From positions 2,850,001-2,882,000 of the forward strand of contig NZ_LT549890.1 in the NCBI RefSeq assembly GCF_900079115.1: a stretch of 32,000 bases of DNA, read 5' to 3'. The notes beneath the pieces were generated by a model. The model saw only the letters and a list, made by a program, of their open reading frames with translations. It was not told the origin of the DNA and did no database searches. Position 1 is the first letter of the stretch. Each line of letters begins with the position of its first letter. Origin of the DNA: Saccharolobus solfataricus. Lineage in GTDB: Archaea > Thermoproteota > Thermoprotei_A > Sulfolobales > Sulfolobaceae. Both the position numbers and the translations under genes were made by a program. Shown in pieces: positions 8,286-16,425 of this stretch.

Positions 8286-9225
8286 TCAATCTGAACTTAA
8301 AGTTTTTAGTAAGATTTGGACAAATTTCTCATAATCGATGTCATATACGACTTCGGCGTTAGGTTTATTGTTACCAATAATATGTCCAGGGTCCACGTAA
8401 TCTATTATAGTGACACCTCTAGTCAACCCCTCATTAGTTTCAACATCTACGTGCTCTTTATGAGATTTTTTAATAATTTTTGGGTTAATGGCTATAGCTG
8501 CTGTAATAACGTCTGGATGTGGATTTCCCCTCATTCTTTGTATCTGCATTGAAAATGTTCTATAATGTGAATAAATCTTAACGTAAAAATTAGAAAGTTT
8601 GGTATTAAGGGATTTTATGAAATTTCATATATTAGGATCAATAGCATTAGCCACTGCAACCTCCCAAGGAACTAATGTTACGTTGGTGAAACCAGCGTGT
8701 AATGCTATCTTTACTGCATCTGGTCTACCCAAAAATTATATTCTGCTATGGGTGTAATGTTGCCTCTTCCATAGATTGTACCACCCATAATGTATAGGTG
8801 ATGTATACATTCAGTTAATCTAGGATACTTTAGATATGCTAAGGCTAAATTAGTTAACGGAGAGATAGCTAAAAACTCTAATACCTTAAAATACGTTTCA
8901 CATAACTCTGTTATAGCATCAAAAGCATGCTTACTTTGTGCCTTAAGTCTTATTGGTTTCACAATCTCATTTCCTACTCCTCCCTTTCCATGAACATCTT
9001 CTACGGTTTTAAAAGACTTAACTAGTGGTCTTTTTGAATTGGATATACTGGAATATCGATATTTAGAAACTCTAAAGCCCATAACATAGTGTCTACTTGC
9101 TGATTAAAGTTTACATTACCTTCAACAATAGTAATCCCGACAACTTGTATATTGTTTTTAATCAGCATTATCAAACTCATTATATCATCTTCTGCAGTGT
9201 CACAGTCTATTATGAAGTATCTCAT
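8286..9225 (-). pseudogene. inosine/uridine-preferring nucleoside hydrolase, disrupted by several frameshifts
   Basis: Fragments in different frames tile one IUNH-type protein. 9225-9022: [14 protein letters not shown].. (the DXDXXXDD motif). 9082-8711: ..[34 protein letters not shown]... About 8725-8620: ..[23 protein letters not shown]... 8549-8286: the C-terminal part. Confidence 0.8.
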
Positions 9226-9426
9226 CTATTTCACTTTTTCCATTTAATATAAGTAATATAACAATGCCTCTATGAGTGAGCCGATGCTCTAGCCACAGCC
9301 CAAAATATGAATATTTTTGAAGGAGACATATAACCGAAATTCTTGGGTATAGGTCTTACTCCTATTGCCTTAAATCCTTGTACCTTTCATATATACTTCT
9401 TCAGACTTATTTTCTCGCTCACTCAT

Positions 9427-9490
9427 CTGACTTTCTCACCGCCCTGGAAGGGCGATGGTTCCCCTTCCAGAGGGATCATCGTTCCCACCA
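9427..9490 (-). repeat. structured right-end module following a tnpB remnant (locus C of a 4-member family)
   Basis: The minus strand reads TGGTGGGAACGATGATCCCTCTGGAAGGGGAACCATCGCCCTTCCAGGGCGGTGAGAAAGTCAG. It contains a 9-bp hairpin, CTGGAAGGG/CCCTTCCAG, and starts directly after the tnpB-like stop codon. Confidence 0.5.
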
Positions 9491-9685
9491 TCAATTCGGG
9501 TTTACATCTCTCATCTGGTAGGCAGACGAGAGGGCCAGAGACCCCCTCCCGTTTAAATTCATAACTGCAATAACATCACGATCATTCTCATAACCGCATG
9601 AACACCTAAACCAACAATATCCCCTTTCTTCCATCCTTCTACCACACCTAGGGTTAGGAGTATGGTCGGTAGTATTTCTGAAGCT
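9491..9685 (-). pseudogene. C-terminal remnant of an IS200/IS605-family TnpB (OrfB)
   Basis: Translation is ..[48 protein letters not shown]... This matches the TnpB C-terminal zinc-finger region plus the RuvC-III motif (CPxCG...CxxCG...DRDxNAAxNI). The upstream part is separated by the IS110-type element, and most of the gene is missing. Confidence 0.65.
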
Positions 9686-10729
9686 AAGTCTTCGGTTTCC
9701 GGCGTGACCGACCCCTACTGTCGGACTGAACATTGTGAGAAAATCCACCCATATAGGTGTGACAAGGAGGTAGGGGTCCTAGGAATAGACGTGTCAAAAG
9801 ATAATTTAATCACGAGCAGGGGAGGAAAATACGAGAACAACCTAAAAGGCTATGAGAAAATCCTCGATATGAAGCCTTGCACGATAGTCCTAGAGCCCAC
9901 CGGAGTATACTCAATAAAGCCTTCCCAATACTTCAAGGAAAAAGGAATAAGAGTACTACAAGTAAGCCCAAACGTGCTATCAAGGGAAAAGGACTTCAGG
10001 GAAAAGAAAACAGATTTTTACGACGCAGAAAAATTAGAAAACATGGTCGACAAGGCAAAGGAGTACGAGTATAACGTCCTTAGAGAACTCGTAACTCTAT
10101 ACCTGTTCTTAAAGGACATGGAAGTAAAACAAAAGAACAGACTAAAGAGAGCACTATTCCTAGTAAGCGACAACGACAAGATAAATAAGGAGAGATTGGA
10201 AAGACTAGCAAGCGGAGACTTCGCACAAGAAGTACTCTACCAACTAGAATACACGCCAATAGTACTTGAAGAAGTCAAAATACTGGCTAAGGCCCTCTTT
10301 GAGACGCAAGAGAAGTTAAAAGAGGTCAAGGAGATGATAGAGAGCCAAGTACCGGAAGACCACGTCCTACTGACGATTCCGGGAGTTGGGAAGCTTGCTG
10401 CAGGGATAATCATTGGCGTTGTAGGTGATATTAGGCGCTTCCCTAAGCCTGAGTCTTTCGTAGCTTATTGCGGTCTAGATCCGGTAGTGGAGAGGAGCGG
10501 TAAGGCGGTGGTAAGTAAGGGAATCTCAAGGAGGGGTAACAAGTATTTGCGCAGCCTTTTCTACTTTCTTGCGCAGATGAACTGTTCAAAGAACCCGACC
10601 TTATTGAGGTTTTACGAGTCTCATAGGAATAGACTTCACGGTAGGAAGTTATACACTGCCTTGGCGAGAAAGTTGGCTAAGGTTGTGTGGAGCGTTTGGT
10701 ATAATAATAAGCCTTATGAGCCCAAGTGA
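9662..10729 (+). CDS. IS110-family (DEDD) transposase
   Basis: The N-terminal ..[11 protein letters not shown].. is the hallmark IS110 motif. The C-terminal half has ..[24 protein letters not shown].. and ..[13 protein letters not shown]...RGNKYLR... The annotated ATG at 9662 lies outside the inferred element boundary, so the true start is probably internal, for example GTG 9704. Confidence 0.85.
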   Translation: MVGSISEAKSSVSGVTDPYCRTEHCEKIHPYRCDKEVGVLGIDVSKDNLITSRGGKYENNLKGYEKILDMKPCTIVLEPTGVYSIKPSQYFKEKGIRVLQVSPNVLSREKDFREKKTDFYDAEKLENMVDKAKEYEYNVLRELVTLYLFLKDMEVKQKNRLKRALFLVSDNDKINKERLERLASGDFAQEVLYQLEYTPIVLEEVKILAKALFETQEKLKEVKEMIESQVPEDHVLLTIPGVGKLAAGIIIGVVGDIRRFPKPESFVAYCGLDPVVERSGKAVVSKGISRRGNKYLRSLFYFLAQMNCSKNPTLLRFYESHRNRLHGRKLYTALARKLAKVVWSVWYNNKPYEPK

Positions 10730-10794
10730 CCCAAAATCGCCACGTGAATCCTTTCAATTCACGTGGCAATCTTAGTTGACACTATGCTTGAAGT
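9686..10794 (+). mobile_element. IS110-family insertion sequence (about 1105 bp) inserted into the tnpB remnant
   Basis: It carries a DEDD-type transposase ORF and has no terminal IRs. AAGT occurs at both junctions (9686-9689 and 10791-10794). Excising 1105 bp rejoins the tnpB-like fragments in frame. Boundaries are inferred and could be off by a few nt. Confidence 0.65.
10739..10767 (+). repeat. perfect 11-bp stem / 7-nt loop hairpin in the 3' non-coding end of the IS110-type element
   Basis: GCCACGTGAAT-CCTTTCA-ATTCACGTGGC, located 10 nt after the transposase stop codon. Confidence 0.8.
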
Positions 10795-10971
10795 TCAACC
10801 GAAATATTTATTACTGAACGCCCCCAACTTTGTAAAATACTTATCTAGATTCTTTATTTTAGCATCTTTACTAGTAAAGACGCAATAATGCTTAGCTTCA
10901 TTTAAAACCTCTAATTATATTAGAGATGTAAAGGGTTAAGCACTTAATAAGAAAACGTTTAATTATTAATT

Positions 10972-12513
10972 ATGAAGATAAAGGGAAAAGAAGAGTTTTG
11001 GGAACCTAAAACTCAAATTGATACAATTAATGAAAGTGTAAAGTTATTCAAGGATAGGATTGCACTAGACTATTTCGGAAACAAAATTACTTTTGAAGAG
11101 CTTCGTCATATGGCAAACTCTATTGCTAGCCAGCTATCAGAGTACGTTAAAAAAGGAAATGTTGTAATTATATCTACACAAAACATTCCCCAATTTATTA
11201 TAGCAGAATATGCAATATGGAAATTGGGAGGAGTTGTATTACCAGTTAATCCTTCCTATACTGAATATGAATTAAAATACTTAATACAAGATGCTAATCC
11301 AAAAATAGCTATTGCCTCATGTGAATCTAACGTTAGGAAATTAAGTCACATAATAAAAATAATCACAACTAATCCCAATACTTTCCATGAATTACCATAT
11401 GAGTATAAGGAAAAATGGAGAGTCGAAGATTATTGTGAGGAAGAATTGAACCTCAAAAGTAATAAATTTAGAATGGATAACGTAAAGGTAAACGTTGATG
11501 ATTTAGCCTTATTAGTATACACTTCGGGTACTACGGGAAAACCTAAAGGCGTTCCAATAACTCACTCTAATATTTACGCCTCCTCGTGGATTTATAAAAA
11601 TTGGTTCAAGTATACTGAAAATGACAAGATACTAGGCATAGCTCCATTTTTCCACATAACTGGCCAAATATTTCACATAACAACTTCAATCCTAGCCGGC
11701 TCATCAATTTATACTTCATTTAGATTTGATCCAGAACTTTCCCTTAGAATTATTGAAGAGAACAAAACTACATTAACAATGGCCGTAGCAACCGTATATA
11801 GGGCTATGCTGAACGTATTAGATAAGCAAGATTTGACAAGCATGAGACTTTGGTCCTCTGGAGGGATGCCCATGCCCAGGGTAATAGAGGAAGAATGGAG
11901 GAAGAGAGTAGGGGATTGGGTTTACATGGCGTGGGGATTAACTGAAACTACTTCGCCTGCAACTTTATGGCCATATCCCTATAACGGTAATTTGCCGGTT
12001 GAGCCAGAATACGGTATTGTGAGTTCTGGAATTCCAGTATACAATACTGAAATAATGATAGGGGAGGATGGGGAAATATTCGTTAGGGGACCTCAAGTTG
12101 TTAAGGGGTATTGGGGGATGGGTGAGTTTAAGGATGGTTGGTTGCCAACTGGAGACATAGGAAAAATAATAAACAATTGGGTTTACATTATCGATAGAAA
12201 GAAGGATATAATAAACGCCTCTGGTTTTAAGGTAATGCCTAGAGAGGTTGAGGAAGTAATATATCAACATTATGCCGTAGATGAGGCTGTAGTTGTTGGA
12301 GTGCCAGATGAGTATAGGGGAGAAAATATTGTGGCTTACGTAAAGCTGAAAAAGGGATATTCGCTTTCAGATGACTTGGCTGCCGATATAATAAATTATT
12401 GTAGAATGCATTTAGCTCCATATAAGGTTCCCAGGCAAGTTAGATTCGTGAATGATATCCCTAAAACCCCATCTGGAAAAATAATGAGGAGAGTATTTAG
12501 AGATGAAGCTTAG
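10972..12513 (+). CDS. AMP-dependent acyl-CoA synthetase/ligase
   Basis: 513 aa. AMP-binding signature: LVYTSGTTGKPKGV. Further conserved motifs: ..WGLTET.., ..LPTGDIG.. and the C-terminal ..PKTPSGKIMRR... Confidence 0.9.
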   Translation: MKIKGKEEFWEPKTQIDTINESVKLFKDRIALDYFGNKITFEELRHMANSIASQLSEYVKKGNVVIISTQNIPQFIIAEYAIWKLGGVVLPVNPSYTEYELKYLIQDANPKIAIASCESNVRKLSHIIKIITTNPNTFHELPYEYKEKWRVEDYCEEELNLKSNKFRMDNVKVNVDDLALLVYTSGTTGKPKGVPITHSNIYASSWIYKNWFKYTENDKILGIAPFFHITGQIFHITTSILAGSSIYTSFRFDPELSLRIIEENKTTLTMAVATVYRAMLNVLDKQDLTSMRLWSSGGMPMPRVIEEEWRKRVGDWVYMAWGLTETTSPATLWPYPYNGNLPVEPEYGIVSSGIPVYNTEIMIGEDGEIFVRGPQVVKGYWGMGEFKDGWLPTGDIGKIINNWVYIIDRKKDIINASGFKVMPREVEEVIYQHYAVDEAVVVGVPDEYRGENIVAYVKLKKGYSLSDDLAADIINYCRMHLAPYKVPRQVRFVNDIPKTPSGKIMRRVFRDEA

Positions 12514-12664
12514 AAGATCTTAGATAATCTGAGTTTGATCTTTTATGTGCATTGTGGTCATGTTGAATTTTCACGATCATTTAAGGACTCCCATAAACAT
12601 AAATTATGTATCAAAACATTAATTGAAATATAGATAATAGTTATATTATAGTTATTTTTAGAAA

Positions 12665-12720
12665 AACATCCAATATGTTAACAAAACGTCTTTTACGGAA
12701 ATATATAAATGTTAAACAAG
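12665..12720 (+). promoter_or_regulatory. candidate upstream activating region of the araS promoter
   Basis: A split palindrome AACAT-N5-ATGTT lies at 12665-12679. Two direct copies of ATGTTAA(A)CAA lie at 12675-12684 and 12709-12720, 34 bp apart. The second copy ends 13 bp upstream of the TATA box. Confidence 0.4.
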
Positions 12721-12732
12721 TTAGGTATACTA

Positions 12733-12741
12733 TTTATAAAA
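12733..12741 (+). promoter_or_regulatory. TATA box of araS (TTTATAAAA)
   Basis: A canonical archaeal TATA element about 30 bp upstream of ATG 12770, consistent with a very short leader. Confidence 0.6.
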
Positions 12742-12769
12742 TAGTTAGGTCATAAAAGTACCCGAGAAT

Positions 12770-14665
12770 ATGTCTAGGCGTAGATTATACAAGGCGATAT
12801 CTAGAACAGCAATAATAATAATTGTAGTAGTAATCATAATTGCAGCAATTGCTGGAGGTCTTGCAGCATATTATAGCTCTAGCAAACCACCCGCTACCAG
12901 TACGAGTTTAACCAGTACGAGTAGCAGTTTATCCGTGACGACTTCTTCTACAACTTCTACCTTATCTTCTATTACGACAACGACGTCAACTGCTTCATCA
13001 TATGTAGTAGACTTTATAAATCCGTGGGGTGCTGAAGACCCTGTAGGACTAAAATGGATTGGAGGAAATTTCTCAATTTACTACCCTGGCTATTCAGTGC
13101 AATTCACATCATTACCAGGAGCTAGTGGTGTAGAGGAGAGGTATGTTGTAATTAACGATATTGAGGCTGGTAAGCTACAGGGTATCTTTTGGGCTCATGG
13201 AGGCCCAGAAGTACTTTCCTATGTGGAACTATTACCTAGCCCCCACGATTTATACAATATGACCCCACTGTTAGCCCAAGAGGGATTATTCCAGAAGGGT
13301 GTCACGGAAGCACTTATGGCTATATCTTATAATGGTACAATATTCGGCTCTCCAACAAACGTGCACAGAGCAGAGGAGTTATACTTCAATCCTCAAATCC
13401 TTAAGAAATACAATTTACCAATTCCTACCAATTTAAGTTTACTAATCTATGATACTCAACAATTAGAAGCACATGGAATAAATCCGTGGGCAATGTCTGG
13501 CGCTGAAGGTGGATATGAACAATTACATTTGTGGTTCGCAATATTCCTATCTGTAGCTGCGCAATACTATGGAGCTGCAGGAGCTGCTAAATTATCAAAT
13601 GAGTTAATGTATGGAGTGCTTAACTTAAATAACGCAACAGTTCAAAAGATTATTAACGAAACTGATAACGTATTCTTGCAGTTTGTAGGTCAGAACGCTG
13701 TAATTCCAAGCTGGCAAAGTCAATCTATATGGTCCGCTTTAGCATTGGTAATAAAGGGACAAACTGTATTCGAAGCTGGTGGCAATTGGCTTGCTGAATA
13801 TGCAGCAATATGGTACAATACTACTACTTATCCTGCGACACAGCCATATCTAAGCTGGTCCAATGTCACATTAATGGCAATGCCATTCCCTGGTACACAA
13901 GGTATTTACGTTATAGATATGGACTCTGTTGCAATACCTACTGTTAATAATCCGCAAGAACAAGCAGCTATAAACTTCGCAAAATTCTGGACTTCGTATG
14001 AAGGGCAGAAAATATGGACGTATTACAAGGGTGTGTCAGTATGGGCTAATTCAACAGATTACTATGCTACTCCAATGCAGTGGTATGATTATCAATCTTT
14101 ACTAAATACTCCGCCTCAGAACTTCACATGGGCGTTCGCTGATGGTACACTATTTGATGATGTGTTCTACTTCCTCATAGCACAAGAACTGAACTTGCAG
14201 GAGCAAGGTTCATCATATATTCCCACATTTAACGCAGCTCTATTCAAAGCTGAAAATATGACATTCCATGAATGGCAAATAGCTGCGAAAGATGGTTTCG
14301 GCTTCGTAGGACAAAGAGGAAATCCATTTGGTGATTATCTACCACCATGGGTTAATCCAAGTACTTACACATATAATTCAAGCTATACACCATCATTCTT
14401 ACTAACACCACCTCATTACTTATTACCATACTTAAAGAAACTTGGACAACAGCAAGATGCTAATAAGGTTAATGGTATAAATTACTATATTATCAATAGT
14501 GTCAATTTGCTACCATATCCATTGCTAATTGTACTAATGGTATATTTGGATCAAACTAGATATAAATATATTATAAATACGTTCGTAAATAAGATAAACT
14601 TTTTTTCGAATGTATTTTTATCTAAATTTTTAATCTCAAATTCTACTTTATACTTAGGTGTTTAA
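12770..14665 (+). CDS. araS: sugar (arabinose)-binding protein of a CUT1-type ABC transporter
   Basis: 631 aa. N-terminus: MSRRRLYKA|ISRTAIIIIVVVIIIAAIAGG, a class III (type IV pilin-like) signal as described for Sulfolobus sugar-binding proteins. This is followed by a roughly 45-aa Ser/Thr-rich linker and then a large solute-binding domain. It is the first gene of a 4-gene transporter operon. The position a few genes after fucA1 fits the SSO3066-3069 locus as I recall it. Confidence 0.85.
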   Translation: MSRRRLYKAISRTAIIIIVVVIIIAAIAGGLAAYYSSSKPPATSTSLTSTSSSLSVTTSSTTSTLSSITTTTSTASSYVVDFINPWGAEDPVGLKWIGGNFSIYYPGYSVQFTSLPGASGVEERYVVINDIEAGKLQGIFWAHGGPEVLSYVELLPSPHDLYNMTPLLAQEGLFQKGVTEALMAISYNGTIFGSPTNVHRAEELYFNPQILKKYNLPIPTNLSLLIYDTQQLEAHGINPWAMSGAEGGYEQLHLWFAIFLSVAAQYYGAAGAAKLSNELMYGVLNLNNATVQKIINETDNVFLQFVGQNAVIPSWQSQSIWSALALVIKGQTVFEAGGNWLAEYAAIWYNTTTYPATQPYLSWSNVTLMAMPFPGTQGIYVIDMDSVAIPTVNNPQEQAAINFAKFWTSYEGQKIWTYYKGVSVWANSTDYYATPMQWYDYQSLLNTPPQNFTWAFADGTLFDDVFYFLIAQELNLQEQGSSYIPTFNAALFKAENMTFHEWQIAAKDGFGFVGQRGNPFGDYLPPWVNPSTYTYNSSYTPSFLLTPPHYLLPYLKKLGQQQDANKVNGINYYIINSVNLLPYPLLIVLMVYLDQTRYKYIINTFVNKINFFSNVFLSKFLISNSTLYLGV

Positions 14666-14668
14666 CTT

Positions 14669-15526
14669 ATGAGGAAGGGAGCTATCCTAATGTCTATACC
14701 GGGATTCATATTTGCAGCTTTTTTGATATACTTATTGGTTCTAAATGTTTACTTTTCACTTTTGAATTGGTCATTATTTAATTTACACCCAACTTTTGCG
14801 GGTTTAGGCACGTATCAGACTTTATTTTCAGAATACTTTTTTAGTTTGGCGGTTACTCATACAGTTGTTTATACAATAGCCGCTGTTGCAATAGGTAATA
14901 TACTGGGAATCCTGGGAGCTGGAATTTTATATTTTTTAAAGAGCAATGTGAGAAGAGCCATTTACCTATCTGTATTTTTGTATCCATTAGCTGTACCTTC
15001 TTCTACTTACGCGATAACTTGGCAGTGGTTATTTAATCCGCAAACTGGTATTAACTTAGTCTTGAGAATATTCCACTTCCCAAATATAATTTGGCTAACC
15101 ACACAACCCACTATTTATGCAGGGATGATAATTATAGAAACATGGGCATATACTGGGTTAGCGGTGCTATTCTTCCTTGCTTCGTTTATGAGTGTTGATA
15201 AATCCATTATTGAGGCAGCTAAAATAGATGGTGCAAACAATTTTTATCTATTATTTAGAATCATATTACCAAACTCAATGAATGGTTTAATAGTATCTAC
15301 AGCTCTTCTATTTCTATTCTCATTCAGAATATTTACTGTACCATTTACTATAGGAGGACCTACAAATCCAAATATGATGAGTCTAGTAGAATACATTTAC
15401 ATTTTGTTTAGTACTGAATACTTCTCCCTATCTTCAGCGTTGTCGTCTTTAGTGGCATTAATAGCGGCAATAGTAATTATTCCTTACGCTATACTCGGTT
15501 TAAAAAGGTGGGTATTTAGGAGGTGA
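14669..15526 (+). CDS. araT: sugar ABC transporter permease (MalF/CUT1-type)
   Basis: 285-aa, 6-TM ORF with the EAA loop ..IEAAKIDGANNFYLLFRIILP... It starts 3 nt after the araS stop. Confidence 0.85.
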   Translation: MRKGAILMSIPGFIFAAFLIYLLVLNVYFSLLNWSLFNLHPTFAGLGTYQTLFSEYFFSLAVTHTVVYTIAAVAIGNILGILGAGILYFLKSNVRRAIYLSVFLYPLAVPSSTYAITWQWLFNPQTGINLVLRIFHFPNIIWLTTQPTIYAGMIIIETWAYTGLAVLFFLASFMSVDKSIIEAAKIDGANNFYLLFRIILPNSMNGLIVSTALLFLFSFRIFTVPFTIGGPTNPNMMSLVEYIYILFSTEYFSLSSALSSLVALIAAIVIIPYAILGLKRWVFRR

Positions 15527-15532
15527 GATAAA

Positions 15533-16420
15533 ATGGAAAGATCTGTAAGTAAAGGCAGTTATATAGCAAGTTCGATTAAGTACGCGTTATTAGAAATAGT
15601 AGCTGCAATACTCGTTATCATGTGGTTGGTTCCACTTTACGCCATGATTTTAGGGGGATTGAAATCCAATTTAGAAGCAGCCAGTACTCCAATACTTCTT
15701 CCTCCATCTAAACCATCACTAGACGCATATGCCTTTGCTTGGTTTGGATATGCAACTATTCCCGGACTGGAACCTACATTGTTAAGATATCTCCTTGTAG
15801 TTATACCATCCGTCCTATTATCGGTAGTGATAGGGACAATGACCGCTTATTTCTTCTTCGTACTTAGTGAGAAACATGGAGTTATGAGCAATGCCTTATT
15901 TTCCATAATGGCCCTAGCAACCTTCCTTCCCATAGAAACAGTGACGTTTCCATTGATTGAGTTAGAGACTTCGCTAAACGTTTACAATACTTATATAGGG
16001 TTGATATTTGCTATGCTAGTATTCTATGTGCCTACTTCTGCATTATTAATGTCAATATTTCTTCCCGTGGTTCCTAAGTACTTAATAGAATCAGCTAGAA
16101 TGGATGGGGCTGGAGACTGGACTATATTATGGAGAGTGGTTTTTCCATTAATATTCCCTGGATTTCTATCAACTTTAATATTCGTTTTCTTACAGATTTG
16201 GAACGAGTTCTTCATACCATTAATACTTACAAATACGCCAAACATGTTAATGTTACCAGTAGCAGCTAGATTCTACACTGCTGCCTATGCGTTAATTTAC
16301 AATAGGTCATTTGCAGCTGGAGTTATTTCTTCCTTAATACCGTTGATAATATTTATATTTCTTGGAAGATATTTTATACGTGGGTTAGCAGCACTGGGTG
16401 GAGGAGCTAAAGGGGTGTAA
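15533..16420 (+). CDS. araU: sugar ABC transporter permease (MalG/CUT1-type)
   Basis: 295-aa polytopic ORF with the EAA loop ..IESARMDGAGDWTILWRVVFP... Confidence 0.85.
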   Translation: MERSVSKGSYIASSIKYALLEIVAAILVIMWLVPLYAMILGGLKSNLEAASTPILLPPSKPSLDAYAFAWFGYATIPGLEPTLLRYLLVVIPSVLLSVVIGTMTAYFFFVLSEKHGVMSNALFSIMALATFLPIETVTFPLIELETSLNVYNTYIGLIFAMLVFYVPTSALLMSIFLPVVPKYLIESARMDGAGDWTILWRVVFPLIFPGFLSTLIFVFLQIWNEFFIPLILTNTPNMLMLPVAARFYTAAYALIYNRSFAAGVISSLIPLIIFIFLGRYFIRGLAALGGGAKGV

Positions 16421-16425
16421 AGGAA

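Noticed and set aside
9343-9564. 73-aa plus-strand ORF.
   Set aside because: It lies antisense to the tnpB remnant and its right-end module. It is a GC-rich read-through artefact.
14470-14665. The last ~65 codons of araS look like intergenic DNA (very AT-rich, with TATA-like and oligo-T runs). This suggests the gene might really end earlier.
   Set aside because: The frame stays open for about 65 codons in stop-rich sequence, which is very unlikely by chance. The segment also encodes a hydrophobic stretch (LLPYPLLIVLMVY). I therefore keep the full ORF, although an internal promoter for araT may be embedded.
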